Under the pieces are notes generated by a model. That model saw nothing but the letters and a program-made list of their open reading frames with translations. It had not been told where the DNA came from and ran no database searches. A program made the translations under genes and the position numbers. From positions 80,663,523-80,727,522 of the forward strand of contig NC_057711.1 of assembly GCF_004010195.1 (NCBI RefSeq): a stretch of DNA of 64,000 bases, in the 5' to 3' direction. Each line of letters begins with the position of its first letter. Within the stretch, counting starts at the first letter, position 1. Positions 37,439 through 49,845 of this stretch are shown here, one piece after another. Source of the stretch: Chiloscyllium plagiosum (Eukaryota).

Positions 37439-40358
37439 CATCACTGTATCAGTGCTCACTGCAGTTTAACAGTGACACGCGAACAAAATAACCCAGCAAT
37501 AAAAAAGTACTGGTGAAAGTCCCACACAAAAGGATGTCCAAACAATTTTGGGCTGAGACAAGAGGAAAAAAATGGCATGTGAACTGCAATCAAAATATGT
37601 TGCTTTGCGGGTTCGATTCAACAGCAAGTTACTGGACATAAAATTTAAATAACGTTTAATTTATAAAAGGCAAATCTTGATTCTTATGTAAATAAGTCCT
37701 TTCGGCTTGCATGGGAAAAATTGGTCCTGTAAACCTACACAATTTTATTTTTGACCCATATTAGGTTTTGTGTCTGTAAAAACCACAAAACTGTTTTTGA
37801 GGATCTACAAAAATGATTGTAATATTACTAAATTACTATTACTAAACAGGTTGTTTCAAAATAAACTAAGTTCTGTTTCTTTCAAAAAAGGATGTGTACT
37901 GAAAGGAAGCATTCATTATAACCAACTTATTTCCTAATTTTGCTTTGAGGCCAGTGTATGATTGACATCAACTTGTAATAACGTGATGCAAGTGTCTAGC
38001 TAGAAGGAAATATCTTTGGGAGCTTCCAATTACTGGATGCTGCTGTTATCATATTTATTACTGAAGGCCTGGTCCAGGCATTCTGAATCTGGTGCACATG
38101 TAATCCATTACAGCAGAATTCAATGTGCAATATATGTAGTAATCTAGTTAAGTCTAGTAACTAGTTCATCTGAAGCAGGTTTGGATGCATAATATAAATG
38201 GACTATGTAACACTACCAGCCAAAATAAAACAGAAGGATAATTAACCTTTTCCTATGGATATGACAACATGAAAATGTAATCCTAAAATCTGCATTGTAA
38301 TTTGTTTGTCTCCTTGTGCATGAGTGAATGAACTTGAGATATGATATCAGATTTCGATCAACTTAACTTAAATGACAGCAAAAGGACCGTGGAGATTTCA
38401 AATTCCTTGAGCTAGGAAGAAGAGATCCTGAGCTCCTTCTTTCTGCCACTGATCAATGTCTTCTTGTGGATGAATGTATCTGCAGATATTGAACAGGGTT
38501 TTCCTCTTTAGGAAAGTGAAGATAATTTCTCTTGAATAAGGCATCTCAGACATGCAATTCTTGGCAACTACCAGCAACTTCATAAGATGACCACAGGAAA
38601 CAGCAATAGGTGAGCCAGATGAACATGAAAACCTTGTAAATTTCTTGAGTGGGTATGCAAGGACATCAACAGCACTCACAAGGGAAAGAGACTTCTATTT
38701 ATAGCAACAGGGCCTTGGTATGTCTTCCTGTTTATTAGTCTGGCCTCAATCTCTGCCATTGGACTATTAGGTTCATATATGAAGAAAGGTCATTTCTACA
38801 TTCCAGCAATTCTTTCAGGATTAGTGAAAATAAATTGGGATTTATACAGCTTTCAAAAAGAAAAACACTTTAATGTTGGTTCAATTTTTTCCACTGAATG
38901 GTGACTGGGCAAATCTACATTTATGTAAAGAGTTATTTAACTACAAGGACATGAAAGATCATTTCACTGCTCAAAGTCCAGGATGTAATAATTCGGTTCA
39001 GTGAAATTAAAAATGATAATTCACTACAGTTCACTGCACTACAATTATTAGTAGATAGATTATCCTGGAAGAGACATTGGAGCATTAACGTACAGCAAAA
39101 GCTCACATTCCTAGAATGAGCTCAACTGCCATAGTTTAGCGGTCATGACACAATTAATTGCATCTGTCTACTAATGATTGGAACGGATGCTAAAACCAGA
39201 CAAAGCGGGATCTCCAGCAAATTAAAGCTCTTGGCTGAGCCTTATGCTTCAATTATCTCTCTGCTCCGATTTCTAGCATAAAACACACTTCAACTTTCAT
39301 TATTAACAGAATGGTCTGATTCAAGATCGTGGGGAAAAGCTAAAAGGAAGAATAAATATAATGCTATTTCCTCGACAGCCTGCAGCTCTTCAGAGTACAT
39401 AATTTAACTCATGTAGTATCAAAGGAGAATGGTATTATCTGTTACCTATTCAACATGTATTAATTTCTTGGAATATTACATTCAATAAAACTCTATCTTA
39501 TTAACAGGTGAGCTTCTGATGCAGCTACAATGTTCTTTCATTTTCAATTAAGGAACTAAATGAAACTTCCTCAGAATTTTCCATGGATCAAGATGTGGTC
39601 AAATGGTAAACACCAGCACCATGAAATGAGCTGGTAGTGAATCCAAGACTGCAGGGATCTATTTTAACTGAAGGTTAATCCCTGTTATGCACCATGCCTG
39701 ATGTTATAAATCAGGGTCAGGAATAGGCTATTCAGTCCCTCACGTTCACTATACCATTCAATACAATCATGGAAAATCAGATTGTAATTTTAAATCCACA
39801 TTCATGCTCAGCCTGAAAACTTTCACTCCTTTCCTTACCACTTCTACCTCTATTTTAAAACCAACCAAAGAGAGACATTCCAACTGTAATTACAATGATG
39901 AACATGAAGCAGCCAAGAGTCCTTCTAGCCCCATAAGTCTGCCACACCATTCAATAAGATTGTGTTTGATCTAGTTGTAACCTCAAATTCCCACTTCCCC
40001 CAATGACCTTTCAACCCCTTGTTTCACAAGAATCTACTCAACTCTGGCTTACTGTATAATAAAAAAAAGAAGTAAGAGAAAGCATGTGAAGAAAAAAGAA
40101 CCTCAGCTCAGTGAAAAATAGAAAAATGTTAATGGAGTTTCAGGTATATAGGGCCAAAGATCAGCTGGGAGATGGAGAGGATGTGGGTGAGGGAAAGGTC
40201 AAACATACAGCAGCTTGGGGACATGGAGTTCTTGCCAAAGCTAACGGCAGGGCCTCATTATAACTTTTCCATTTATTTCCTACCTGGATACTGGCCACAT
40301 TGACAGGCAAACTAGCTACCAGGATTAATATGCAGGTGGACTGGGTAAATAATGTTGC

Positions 40359-40577
40359 CAGGTAAAAACAATGACTGCAGATGCTGGAAACCAGATCTGG
40401 ATCAGTGGTGCTGGAAGAGCACAGCAATTCAGGCAGCATCCGAGGACAGGCAAAATCGACGTTTCGGGCAAAAGCCCTTCATCAGGAATAAAGCCTTTAT
40501 TCCTGATGAAGGGCTTTTGCCCGAAACGTCGATTTTGCCTGTCCTCGGATGCTGCCTGAATTGCTGTGCTCTTCCAG
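40359..40577. mobile_element. Perfect fold-back PLE family B element with two intact hammerhead cores (40458-40485 minus, 40503-40530 plus)
   Basis: 40411-40493 is the exact reverse complement of 40495-40577. Confidence 0.85.
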
Positions 40578-40905
40578 NNNNNNNNNNNNNNNNNNNNNNN
40601 NNNNNNNNNNNNNNNNNNNNNNNNNNNNNNNNNNNNNNNNNNNNNNNNNNNNNNNNNNNNNNNNNNNNNNNNNNNNNNNNNNNNNNNNNNNNNNNNNNNN
40701 NNNNNNNNNNNNNNNNNNNNNNNNNNNNNNNNNNNNNNNNNNNNNNNNNNNNNNNNNNNNNNNNNNNNNNNNNNNNNNNNNNNNNNNNNNNNNNNNNNNN
40801 NNNNNNNNNNNNNNNNNNNNNNNNNNNNNNNNNNNNNNNNNNNNNNNNNNNNNNNNNNNNNNNNNNNNNNNNNNNNNNNNNNNNNNNNNNNNNNNNNNNN
40901 NNNNN
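40578..40905. other. Assembly gap (N run)
   Basis: 328 consecutive N. Confidence 0.99.
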
Positions 40906-42842
40906 AGTAATATTAGAAGTGATAGTAAAAGTTTCTTTCAATACATAAGAAACAAACGACAGGCAAGAGTAGACATTGGGCCACTTCAAACTGATGCTGG
41001 AAGCCTAGTGATGGGAGATAAGGAAATAGCAGGAGAACTTAATAAGTACTTTGCATCAGTCTTCACAGTGGAAGACATGAGTAATATCCCAACAATTAAA
41101 GGGAGTCAGGGGGCTGAGTTGAGTATGGTTGCCATTACAAAAGAGAAAGTGCTAGAAAAGCTAAAAGGTCTTAAAATTGATAAATCTCCTGGCCGATGGG
41201 CTACATCCTAGAGGTGGCTGAGGAAATAGCGGAGGCATTGGTTTAGATCTTTCAAAAGTGACTGGAGTCAGGGAAAGTCCCGGATGATTGGAAGATCACT
41301 GTTGTAACCCCATTGTTCAAGAAAGGATCAAGACAAAGGATGGAAAATTATAGATGGAAATGTGTTGCTGGAAAAGCGCAGCAGGTCAGGCAGCATCTAG
41401 GGACAGCAGGTCAGGCAGCATCTAGGGAACAGGAGAATCGACGTTTCGGGCATTAGCCCTTCTTCATGTTCCCTAGATGCTGTCTGACCTGCTGCGCTTT
41501 TCCAGCAACACATTTCCATCTCTGATCTCCAGCATCTGCAGACCTCACTTTCTCCTCATGGAAAATTATAGGCCAATTAGCCTAACCTCAGTTGTTGGTA
41601 AAAGTCTAGAATCCATCATTAAGGATGAGGTTTCTAAATTCTTGGAGGAGCAGGGTCAGATTAGAACAAGTCAACATGGATTTAGTAAGGGGAGGTCGTG
41701 CATGACAAACCAGCTGGAATTCTTTGAAGAGGTGACAAGTAGGTTAGACCAGGGAAACCCAGTGGATGTGGTCTACCTAGACTTCCAAAAGGCCTTTGAA
41801 AAGGTGCCACACAAGAGGCTGCTGAGCAAGGTGAGGGCACATGGTGTTCGAGGTGAGCTACTGGCATGGATTGAGGATTGGCTGTCTGACAGAAGGCAGA
41901 GAGTTGGGATAAAAGGTTATTTTTTGGGATGGCAGCCGGTGACCCGCAGGGTTCAGTGTTGGGGCCTCAGCTGTTCACATTATGTATTAATGATCTGCAT
42001 GAAGGAACTAGGGGCATTCTAGTGAAGTTTGCCGATGATACAAAGTTAGGTGGACAGGCAGGTAGTACTGAGGAAGTGGAGAGGCTGCAGAAGGATCTAG
42101 ACAGTTTGGAAGAGTGGTCCAGGAAATGGCTGATGGAATTCAATGTGAGCAAATGCGAGGTCTTGCACTTTGGAAAAAAGAATACAAGCATGGACTACTT
42201 TCTAAACGGTGAGAAAATTCGTAAAGCCAAAGTACAAAGGAATCTGGGAGTGCTAGTTGAGGATTCTCTAAAGGTAAACATGCAGGTTGAGTCCATGATT
42301 AAGAAAGCGAATGCAATGTTGTCATTTATCTCAAGAGGGTTGGAATATAAAAGCACTATTGTGCTACTGAGACTTTATAAAGCTCTGGTTAGGCCCCATT
42401 CAGAGTACTGTGTCCAGTTTTGGTCCCCACACCTCAGGAAGGACATACTAGCACTGGAGCGTGTCCAGCGGAGATTCACACGGATGATCCCTGGAACGGT
42501 AGGTCTAACATATGAGGAACGGCTGAGGATCCTGGGATATTATTCATTGGAGTTTAGAAGATTAAGGGGAGATCTAATAGAAACTTACAAAATAATACAT
42601 GGCTTGAGCCAGAGAGTGGTGGGCCTGTGGAATTCATTGCCGCAGAGTGCAGTGGAGGCCGGGACGCAAAATGTCTTCAAGGCAGAGATTGATAAATTCT
42701 TGATGTCACAAGGAATTAAGGGCTACGGGGAGAACGCGGGTAAGTGGAGTTGAAATGCCCATCAGCCATGATTGAATGGCGGAGTAGACCCGATGGGACG
42801 AATGGCCTTACTTCCGCTCCTATGGTCTTATGGTCTTATGGA
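40906..42842 (+). mobile_element. CR1 LINE ORF2 3' half, relatively young, same subfamily as 11815-12851
   Basis: NYRPISLTSVVGK, VDVVYLDFQKAF, PQGSVLGP, KFADDTKL; frameshifts, a deletion near 42607 and a (TATGGTCT)n tail. Confidence 0.95.
41354..41557. mobile_element. Fold-back PLE family B element inserted in CR1 RT
   Basis: Perfect 14-bp target-site duplication atggaaaattatag at 41340-41353 and 41558-41571; inverted arms. Confidence 0.9.
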
Positions 42843-43849
42843 CTGAAAACCAAAATCTGGAATCCACATCCACTTGAGAGAGTTCCAGGCAACCAGGAGG
42901 GAAATTGACCTCAGATTGGTGCCTGGGTAGTTGGAGTCAGCAGTCAAGGTAAGGTCACCAAAGAAAACATGAGAAGTCATGATTGAGAGTAGAGAGACTC
43001 AAGTATTCCTTGAAGGTTCAGGTCAAGAACTTCTCTTCCTCTTTGTCTGCATGAAATTCAACAAAAAATGATTCAATTTAAGGAACTGACAGTTCCTGCA
43101 TCATTCCACACTTCAGCTTTCATGAATGGTTAAATTATATAAAGTTTAAAACAGGTTGAAGCCTGAATTAATTACATCAATAAAATGTCCCATTTCTCCA
43201 AGAAGTAGAACTCAAGTGGCAAACTACTACCATAAAAAAAAGGTAGATACACGTACAAATTGGTTTTACGTGTTTTACATTGTTACCCATCAAATAGGAG
43301 ATGGTGATAGAAGACATTAATATGGGATCATTTTTCACCCATTATCCATGCTCCTCTAATTCTGGCAATGAGAACATCCCTGATATTAATTGCTTCACCA
43401 CTAATGACCATGTCTTCAGCTGTCTATGTCCTGAGCTCTGGAATTGCCTCCCTAAACATCTCCATCTCTCTTTCTTATTTCAATGTTCTGCTTAAAACTC
43501 AGCATTTTATCCAAGCTTTTCATTATCAGCCCTATTCTCATAAATCATTCTTGAATCCTCTGCTGTGCCATCATAAAGTGTAGTGCCCCGAATTAGGCAA
43601 TTATTTTATACAGATTCACTATAATTGTATTCTACTGCATTTATAAAGTCGAGGATCCTGTGTGTCTTATTAAAAAGGAAACATGTCCAGTGTGGGAAAG
43701 CAATATTCTCATTGCAAGAAGCCAAATCATTTTCCTGTCAGAGCACAGACCTTTGACCTACTCTGTGTCTTCTGGAGCCGAAAGTCAATACATCCACATG
43801 CTGAGTGGTGTGCATGGCTGTGTGGCTGTGCAGCTTAGAGGGAACATTG

Positions 43850-44700
43850 CATGAAGAAAACACAATAAGCAAGTGCAGATGGCCACTGCAGAGATATCAG
43901 CCAAGTATTCTGATGAATCACTGCAAATCGCTGAACAGATTGGTTCTGTCAAGTTGATGGTTAATAAATGGTATGTGACTTTTGAACAGTTAACTGCAGA
44001 GGAGAACATCAAGTCAACATTAAGTGTCAGATAGACATCAGTGCATCATACAATGTCATGACCTTCACAGAGCTGTACAAAGTAGTTCAACATGGGTTGG
44101 AGAAATGCAAGCCTTGAAAGTAAGGTTGAGGCTATATAATGGCGCCATTACTCTGACAACCCAATATATTGGCAAGAATGAAGATACAGACTTCCAGATC
44201 TTACACAGCCACAGACATTCATCTCATCTAGAGCAATACTACTATTGGATGGTATCCCTCAAGTACCAAAAGAGATTTCTAAATAATGCAGAACACTAAT
44301 TGTTCGTCGCAGAACAGACCCTAGAAGTGTGCAACAACATGCTTACATGCTTAGGATGTCTACCCAGGCAAAATCATTTTAAAGTAGTTGGAAGTGGAAT
44401 TCCAATTCAACAGCAGCCAACAGAAGGTCCAGCTGCCTTTAGGGCCAGCCTGAAAAATAAGATGGGAAATATACCACCTACTGCAAGTATACACATGGCA
44501 GCTGTTTCTTCACTGCTGCTGGTTAACCAGGAAGGTGTGCATTCATCGATACAGACCACAGAACAACCATCAATCCCAGAGGTTCACTGCACCTTAAGAA
44601 TAGATACAGAAAAAAAAAATACTTTCGCAACACATGAGACTGCAATGGTTCTCTCTGGAGAAGGTACATCACCCAGAGGAGCAGCCGAAGACTAAATGCA
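43850..44700 (+). mobile_element. Gypsy LTR-retrotransposon protease and RT-start relic
   Basis: KCQIDISASYNVM at 44022 (decayed DTGA protease site), KVRLRLYNG, and LGCLPRQNHF...PIQQQPTEGPAAFRASLK (pre-RT motif). Confidence 0.7.
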
Positions 44701-45059
44701 CACATACTATTAAGAGACCAGCACGATTTATGGATTGCATGTGCAATATATGTGCACAGAAAATAACATGCTGCTAACGCATGAGAACTGTTGTGTACAT
44801 AATGGATAACTCAAGATAATTCACAGTCTATTATTGTATGCAAGGGGAATGTTTGGGATAGAAATGCAATACTGTGTTAATGTGCCTCTTGGCCTGTCTT
44901 AGTCATGTGATCTCTACCATGATGCACTAACTGCAGGCAGCCATCATACAATCAATTCAATAAGTAAATGGTAGAAGATAGACTGTTGTCCTGTGAGCTC
45001 ATAACAACAATGATCACTGTTACCTAAACGTTCGCTGACTGACAGTTGATCCACTTGTG

Positions 45060-45600
45060 CTCAATTGTTTAGAATCAGGTCCAGCAATGTCTCCTTCATC
45101 ATTTGACTGGAAACATCTGTTTATGGAAAATTCTCCTGAATACAGTTTATAAACTCTTTTCTGCTTTTGCCAAAAATACTATCCCAGTCTACATTGGGAT
45201 AATCAAAAGTTCCCACTATATCTACTTGATAGCTTTTGCACTATTATAATTTCTTTGAAAATTAATTCCTGTAAATCTTTCAATCTTTGCCAGGCCTACA
45301 GAATAAACCCAACAGCAAAATCATAGTTTTATTATTTCTTACTGCAACCGAATAGATTCTGTCATCAGTCCTTCTCTCTTACTCCCTCCCTCTCAGTACT
45401 ATAACATAACTTAATCAACATGATTACACTTCCTCTTTTCTTTCCCAAACACCTTGAATTCAAAAATACATAGTACCCAGTCCTGCTCTATTTTTGAGCT
45501 GAATCTTTACTATCTCCACAATTAAACTACTCAGTGGATACTAGCACCTGCAACTTGCTAACTATATTTGTCACACTCATTACAGAGACATACATGCACA
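45060..45600 (-). mobile_element. Decayed CR1 endonuclease fragment
   Basis: Reverse strand contains atagtgggaacttttgattatccc (GDFN-like region). Confidence 0.6.
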
Positions 45601-45734
45601 TGAAGACTCATTTAGATGTTGTTTAATTACTCTGATCATAGCTATTACTTTGTCTTAGTCTCTTGCAATTCTGGGTTTACTTTATTTTTCCTCTGCATTA
45701 TTGCTTCCCAAATGCAGTTGGGAAGTGGAAGACC

Positions 45735-46414
45735 TTTAAGAATGAAATAACGCAAGTTCAGAGACTGTATATTCCTGTTAGTGTGAAGAGCAAGGCTGGT
45801 GGGTCTGAGGAATTCTGGATAATTTGAGAAATTGAAGTTCTGCACAAGAAAAAGAAAGAGGCATATATCCGGTGTCAAGTGAATCCCTAGAAGATGATAA
45901 GGGCAGCAGAAATACACTGAAGAGGGAAATCAGGAGGACAAAAAGGGAAATTGAGATAGATTTGACAAATAGCATTAAGGAGAATCCAAAGAGATTCTAA
46001 ATACATTAAGGGCACAAGAGTAACTAGAGAAAGAATAGGGCCCTTAAAGATCAACATGGCCATCTATGCATGGAACTACAGGAGATGGGTGAGATACTAA
46101 ACAAATATTTTGTGTCACTATTTACTGTGGAGAAGGACATAGAAGCTAGGGAACTTGGGAAATAAATAGTAATGTCTTGAAGAGTTTATATTACAGAAGA
46201 GGAAGTGCTGGAGGTCTTTAAACACATAAAGGTAGCTAAATCCCATGGATTTAGTGATCAGGTGTTTCCCAGAACTTTGTGGGAAGTAAGGGAAAAGATT
46301 ACTGGGCACCTTTCTGAGATATTTGCATCATCGATAACCATGGGTGACATGAGGGAAAGTTGGAGGTTGGCTAATGTGGTGCTATTATTTAATAAAGGCT
46401 GTTAGGAAAAGGCA
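45735..46414 (+). mobile_element. CR1 ORF2 internal fragment
   Basis: Similar to 26250-26900; WRLANVVLLFNKGC. Confidence 0.85.
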
Positions 46415-47107
46415 GTCCCACCTTCCCTAGAACTGGTCACAGAATCCCAGGAATCTGAACCACTCCATCCTGCACCATTTCCCCGTCTTCAAATTCAACT
46501 GGTCCATCTCACTAGGACATGACACCTGTAGTAATTCTGAGGGTACTAGCTTTGAGGTCTTACTGTATAATTTATATGATGAAGGACTTATGCCTGAAAC
46601 ATTGATTCTCCTGCTTCTCGGATGCTGCCTGACCTGCTGTGCTTTTCCAGCAACACACTCTTGACTCTATATAATTTATTAGATTAGATTAGATTAGATT
46701 ACTTACAGTGTGGAAACAGGCCCTTCGGCCCAACAAGTCCACACCGACCCGCCGAAGCGCAACCCACCCATACCCCTACATCTACCCCTTTAACCTAACA
46801 CTACCGGCAATTTAGCATGGCCAATTCACCTGACCCGCACATCTTTGGACTGTGGGAGGAAACCGGAGCACCCGGAGGAAACCCACGCAGACACGGGGAG
46901 AATGTGCAAACTCCACACAGTCAGTCGCCTGAGTCGGGAATTGAACCCGGGTCTACAGGCGCTGTGAGGCAGCAGTGCTAACCACTGGGCCACCGTGCCA
47001 CCCACAACTTCCTAACTTGTCCTAACTTCCTGTATTCTGCTAGGACAACATCATTTCAAAAAAAAACCATGTCATTGGTAGCAATATTTACCACTACCTC
47101 TGGCTGT
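46415..47107 (-). mobile_element. CR1 ORF1 (esterase) fragment hosting a PLE family B piece (46576-46666) and an HE1 SINE
   Basis: Reverse strand similar to 25020-25290. Confidence 0.65.
46680..47003 (-). mobile_element. HE1 V-SINE, young full-length copy
   Basis: Reverse complement of the 36487-36799 family with a (TAGAT)n tail. Confidence 0.93.
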
Positions 47108-47339
47108 ATGACAACATCAGAGTAGTGCTTGACAAGTCTGAGAGACAGCTCTTCCAATTTTCATACCAGTTCTCAAATATTGATAAGACGGATATGTTGT
47201 GTCAGCAGGAGTGTGTTTACCATTGACATTTCCATTACCTAAATGAATGCCAGGTTGTCTGTTTGGTAGCATTTCTTTTTTGAGACTTTTTAATGGTTGA
47301 CATAGATGAGTGGCTGCTCGACCATTTCAGAGGGTAGTT

Positions 47340-47490
47340 AAAAATTTACATCATACCGTAAATTTTTGCGAAAAATTCTGTGCCTGAGGATTGAGCCCTC
47401 CACTATCCCCCGATGAAGGAGCAGCGCTCCGAAAGCTAGTGTGCTTCCAGTTGGATTATAACCTGGTGTTGTGTGATTTTTAACTTTGTA
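47340..47490 (+). mobile_element. PLE family A end with mutated core (CCGATGA)
   Basis: Matches 23395-23547. Confidence 0.75.
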
Positions 47491-48089
47491 TGCTCCAAAG
47501 CCAGAGCTTGAGCTATTTCAACTGATAACAGGTCTTCCACAATATTGTCCAGCACAAGAGAAATGTCCCAGAGTGCTCACAGGAACAGAATGCTGACTCC
47601 ATGGAACTGAGATTCCCGGCCATGCATTGATTCTTTGGATAACTAACTAAGTTGACAGAAAAGACAATTAAATACTTGTAGGTTACTGACCAATCAAATG
47701 CTTTCCTTGTGTTGACATTGCTTTATGTAATATAAATATTTTACTTAATTCATCATTTCAATATTGCATGTTAATTTACTGAAAAATGCAGAACCATTTA
47801 GTTTATAAATGACAAAGTTTTACCTAGATTCATTTATTGAGCATTAGTCATAAGTATAGGGTTGTATATTGAAGTGACTATAATTTAAAACTAATTAACA
47901 GATCTGTTTTTTCTTTAGAGTAAATTAATTTAATTATATTATAATAAACTTGAAAGCTTGTCAATTGACCTACCCATGTGAATCCTTGTGCTGGTCAAAT
48001 CACTTTGTAATGCATCACACCCTCTCACCATGGGTCCTTTCCATTACTGTGCTTTACTAGTGTCATATTAATGCTAGCATCATACTTAC

Positions 48090-48310
48090 CCAAGTAGTGC
48101 CGATGAGATTATTGCCCCACTTTCTACACTGCACCCAATTCTGCCTGTAGACTCCTTTGATACTGACCTCTGTTGTAATCTCTGTCAAGGCCACCTCAGT
48201 CAGTGGGATAGGATCTCTGGATGCTGTTGATGAGGAAGAGCACCTCCTGCAGTTTCTGGGCAAGGCATGTATGCAGGAGGGTTTCACTAAACCAGTCAAG
48301 CATCTTTTCT
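48090..48310 (-). pseudogene. Harbinger-like Myb/SANT (trihelix-type) ORF relic with retained splice donor
   Basis: WFSETLLH...QEVLFL, then after a frameshift LTEITTEVSIKGVYRQNWVQCRKWGNNLIGTTW|gtaagt, matching EIAxEVSxxGxxRxWxQCRKxxNDL. Confidence 0.6.
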
Positions 48311-49845
48311 CTACTCTGAGCATAGAACGTTCGCCTCTTTGATATCTATCACAGAACAGGACAAATAAGGTTGATTCTGAAGGTCAGTTTAGGAGTCAGA
48401 TTCCTTCCTGCCTTTACAACACTGAAGTTGCTGTTTCAGAAATGCTGCAGGCAGATCACAGTGCTACTGGTACTTGGATTTCCAAACCCATCAGCTATTG
48501 GAGGATTCAGTCTTACTTCTTGCCCCAGCCGGCTGTCGTGTAATGGTAGCTGGCTAAGTGTTTTGATTACGAGCAAAATGCCACCCATTTCTGCATCTGC
48601 TGCGAGGCCCTTTGCAGCAATTACTAAATTTTGTGTTGTGTGTTAGTACTACTCATGTTGATGAGTCATTGCAAACCTGTTTGTGAAGCCTACTGATAGA
48701 AAATCTATTGAATACTTTCAACTGATAGCAAGTTATAAAATGGTTAGAAACAAAATTCATTGACTATACTGTTCTAAGTTTACGCTTTCATATTGGCAAA
48801 AGCAGTCTAATCTTTTCCAGTCTTTGCCATTGACTTGATTCCCAGTTGTCTGGAACTTCCAATAGTTCAATGGATCAATACAATAAAGAAGTATCACAAC
48901 TGACTTCAGCAGTCCCTTATTAAGGAAGAGAAAATGGAATAGGGTTATTGATCACTCCTGCATGCTGGAAGTACATATCAATGTCATTGATGACTTTATG
49001 TGAAATGAAGATATTTCAACATCAAGTATTGTCCTTTTTGAGGTGGGAAGTGGGATCAGGTCTGCTTCTGGATCAAAAACCAGCTTTCAGTGGGAAATCA
49101 ACTAAGCACTGGATTTGCCAGGAGTGAACCTTTGTGTTAAGCAGGTGGGAGCTGGAATGGTGGCAGGTAGTGGATATTATAGGCAGCCATCACTGAGGCT
49201 GCTGGTTGCCTTGAAAGATACTATTAATTCCAAAGGGAAAATCATGCTCATTTTAACTCAATTTCTCATCCCACATATTATTGCCAAACCTGTTGAATAA
49301 TTCCAGCATTTGATTTCCCACTTACCATTACATTTATACATTTTGCGGTGAATAACTTGAACAGTCGTATCTTATTTTTAATTTTTTTTTCTGTTTTTAT
49401 TTGGTGTTACTTTTGTTGTTAAATTCACTTCCTTTCTGACCCACTGTTGCTTATTTTTACCCAGTTACTATTACTGCTTATGAGTTTTCTTTTCACTAAG
49501 TCCTTCCAGCTCCTACATCAACTTGAAACATTAGTTCCACCTTAGTTATTCCAGTGCCAGCACACATGGATTGAAACCTTTCCCACATATACCATTTAAT
49601 CAACCTAAATTTAACCATTTAATCTGTTATCTCTATGTCAGTTTGTGCATGGCTCAGGTAACAATCCACCTGAGCGTACCTGCATTTTAATTTTACTCCT
49701 TAAGCTCTTTAAGTAGTACTTAGCTTCTATTCCTACCAATCTCCCTGCTTCCAAGGTGGATTATGATAACGGGCCCCTTCCTGTTCCACTGCAAGTTTTC
49801 CACCAGCGATAAACAGATGTCTTATCCTGGCCTGGGGCAGACAGA

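Noticed and set aside
40352..41211. Long ORFs in the track
   Set aside because: They are artefacts of reading through the N gap.
41929..42753. 274-aa ORF as a host gene
   Set aside because: It is a CR1 RT C-terminal fragment with deletions and upstream frameshifts.
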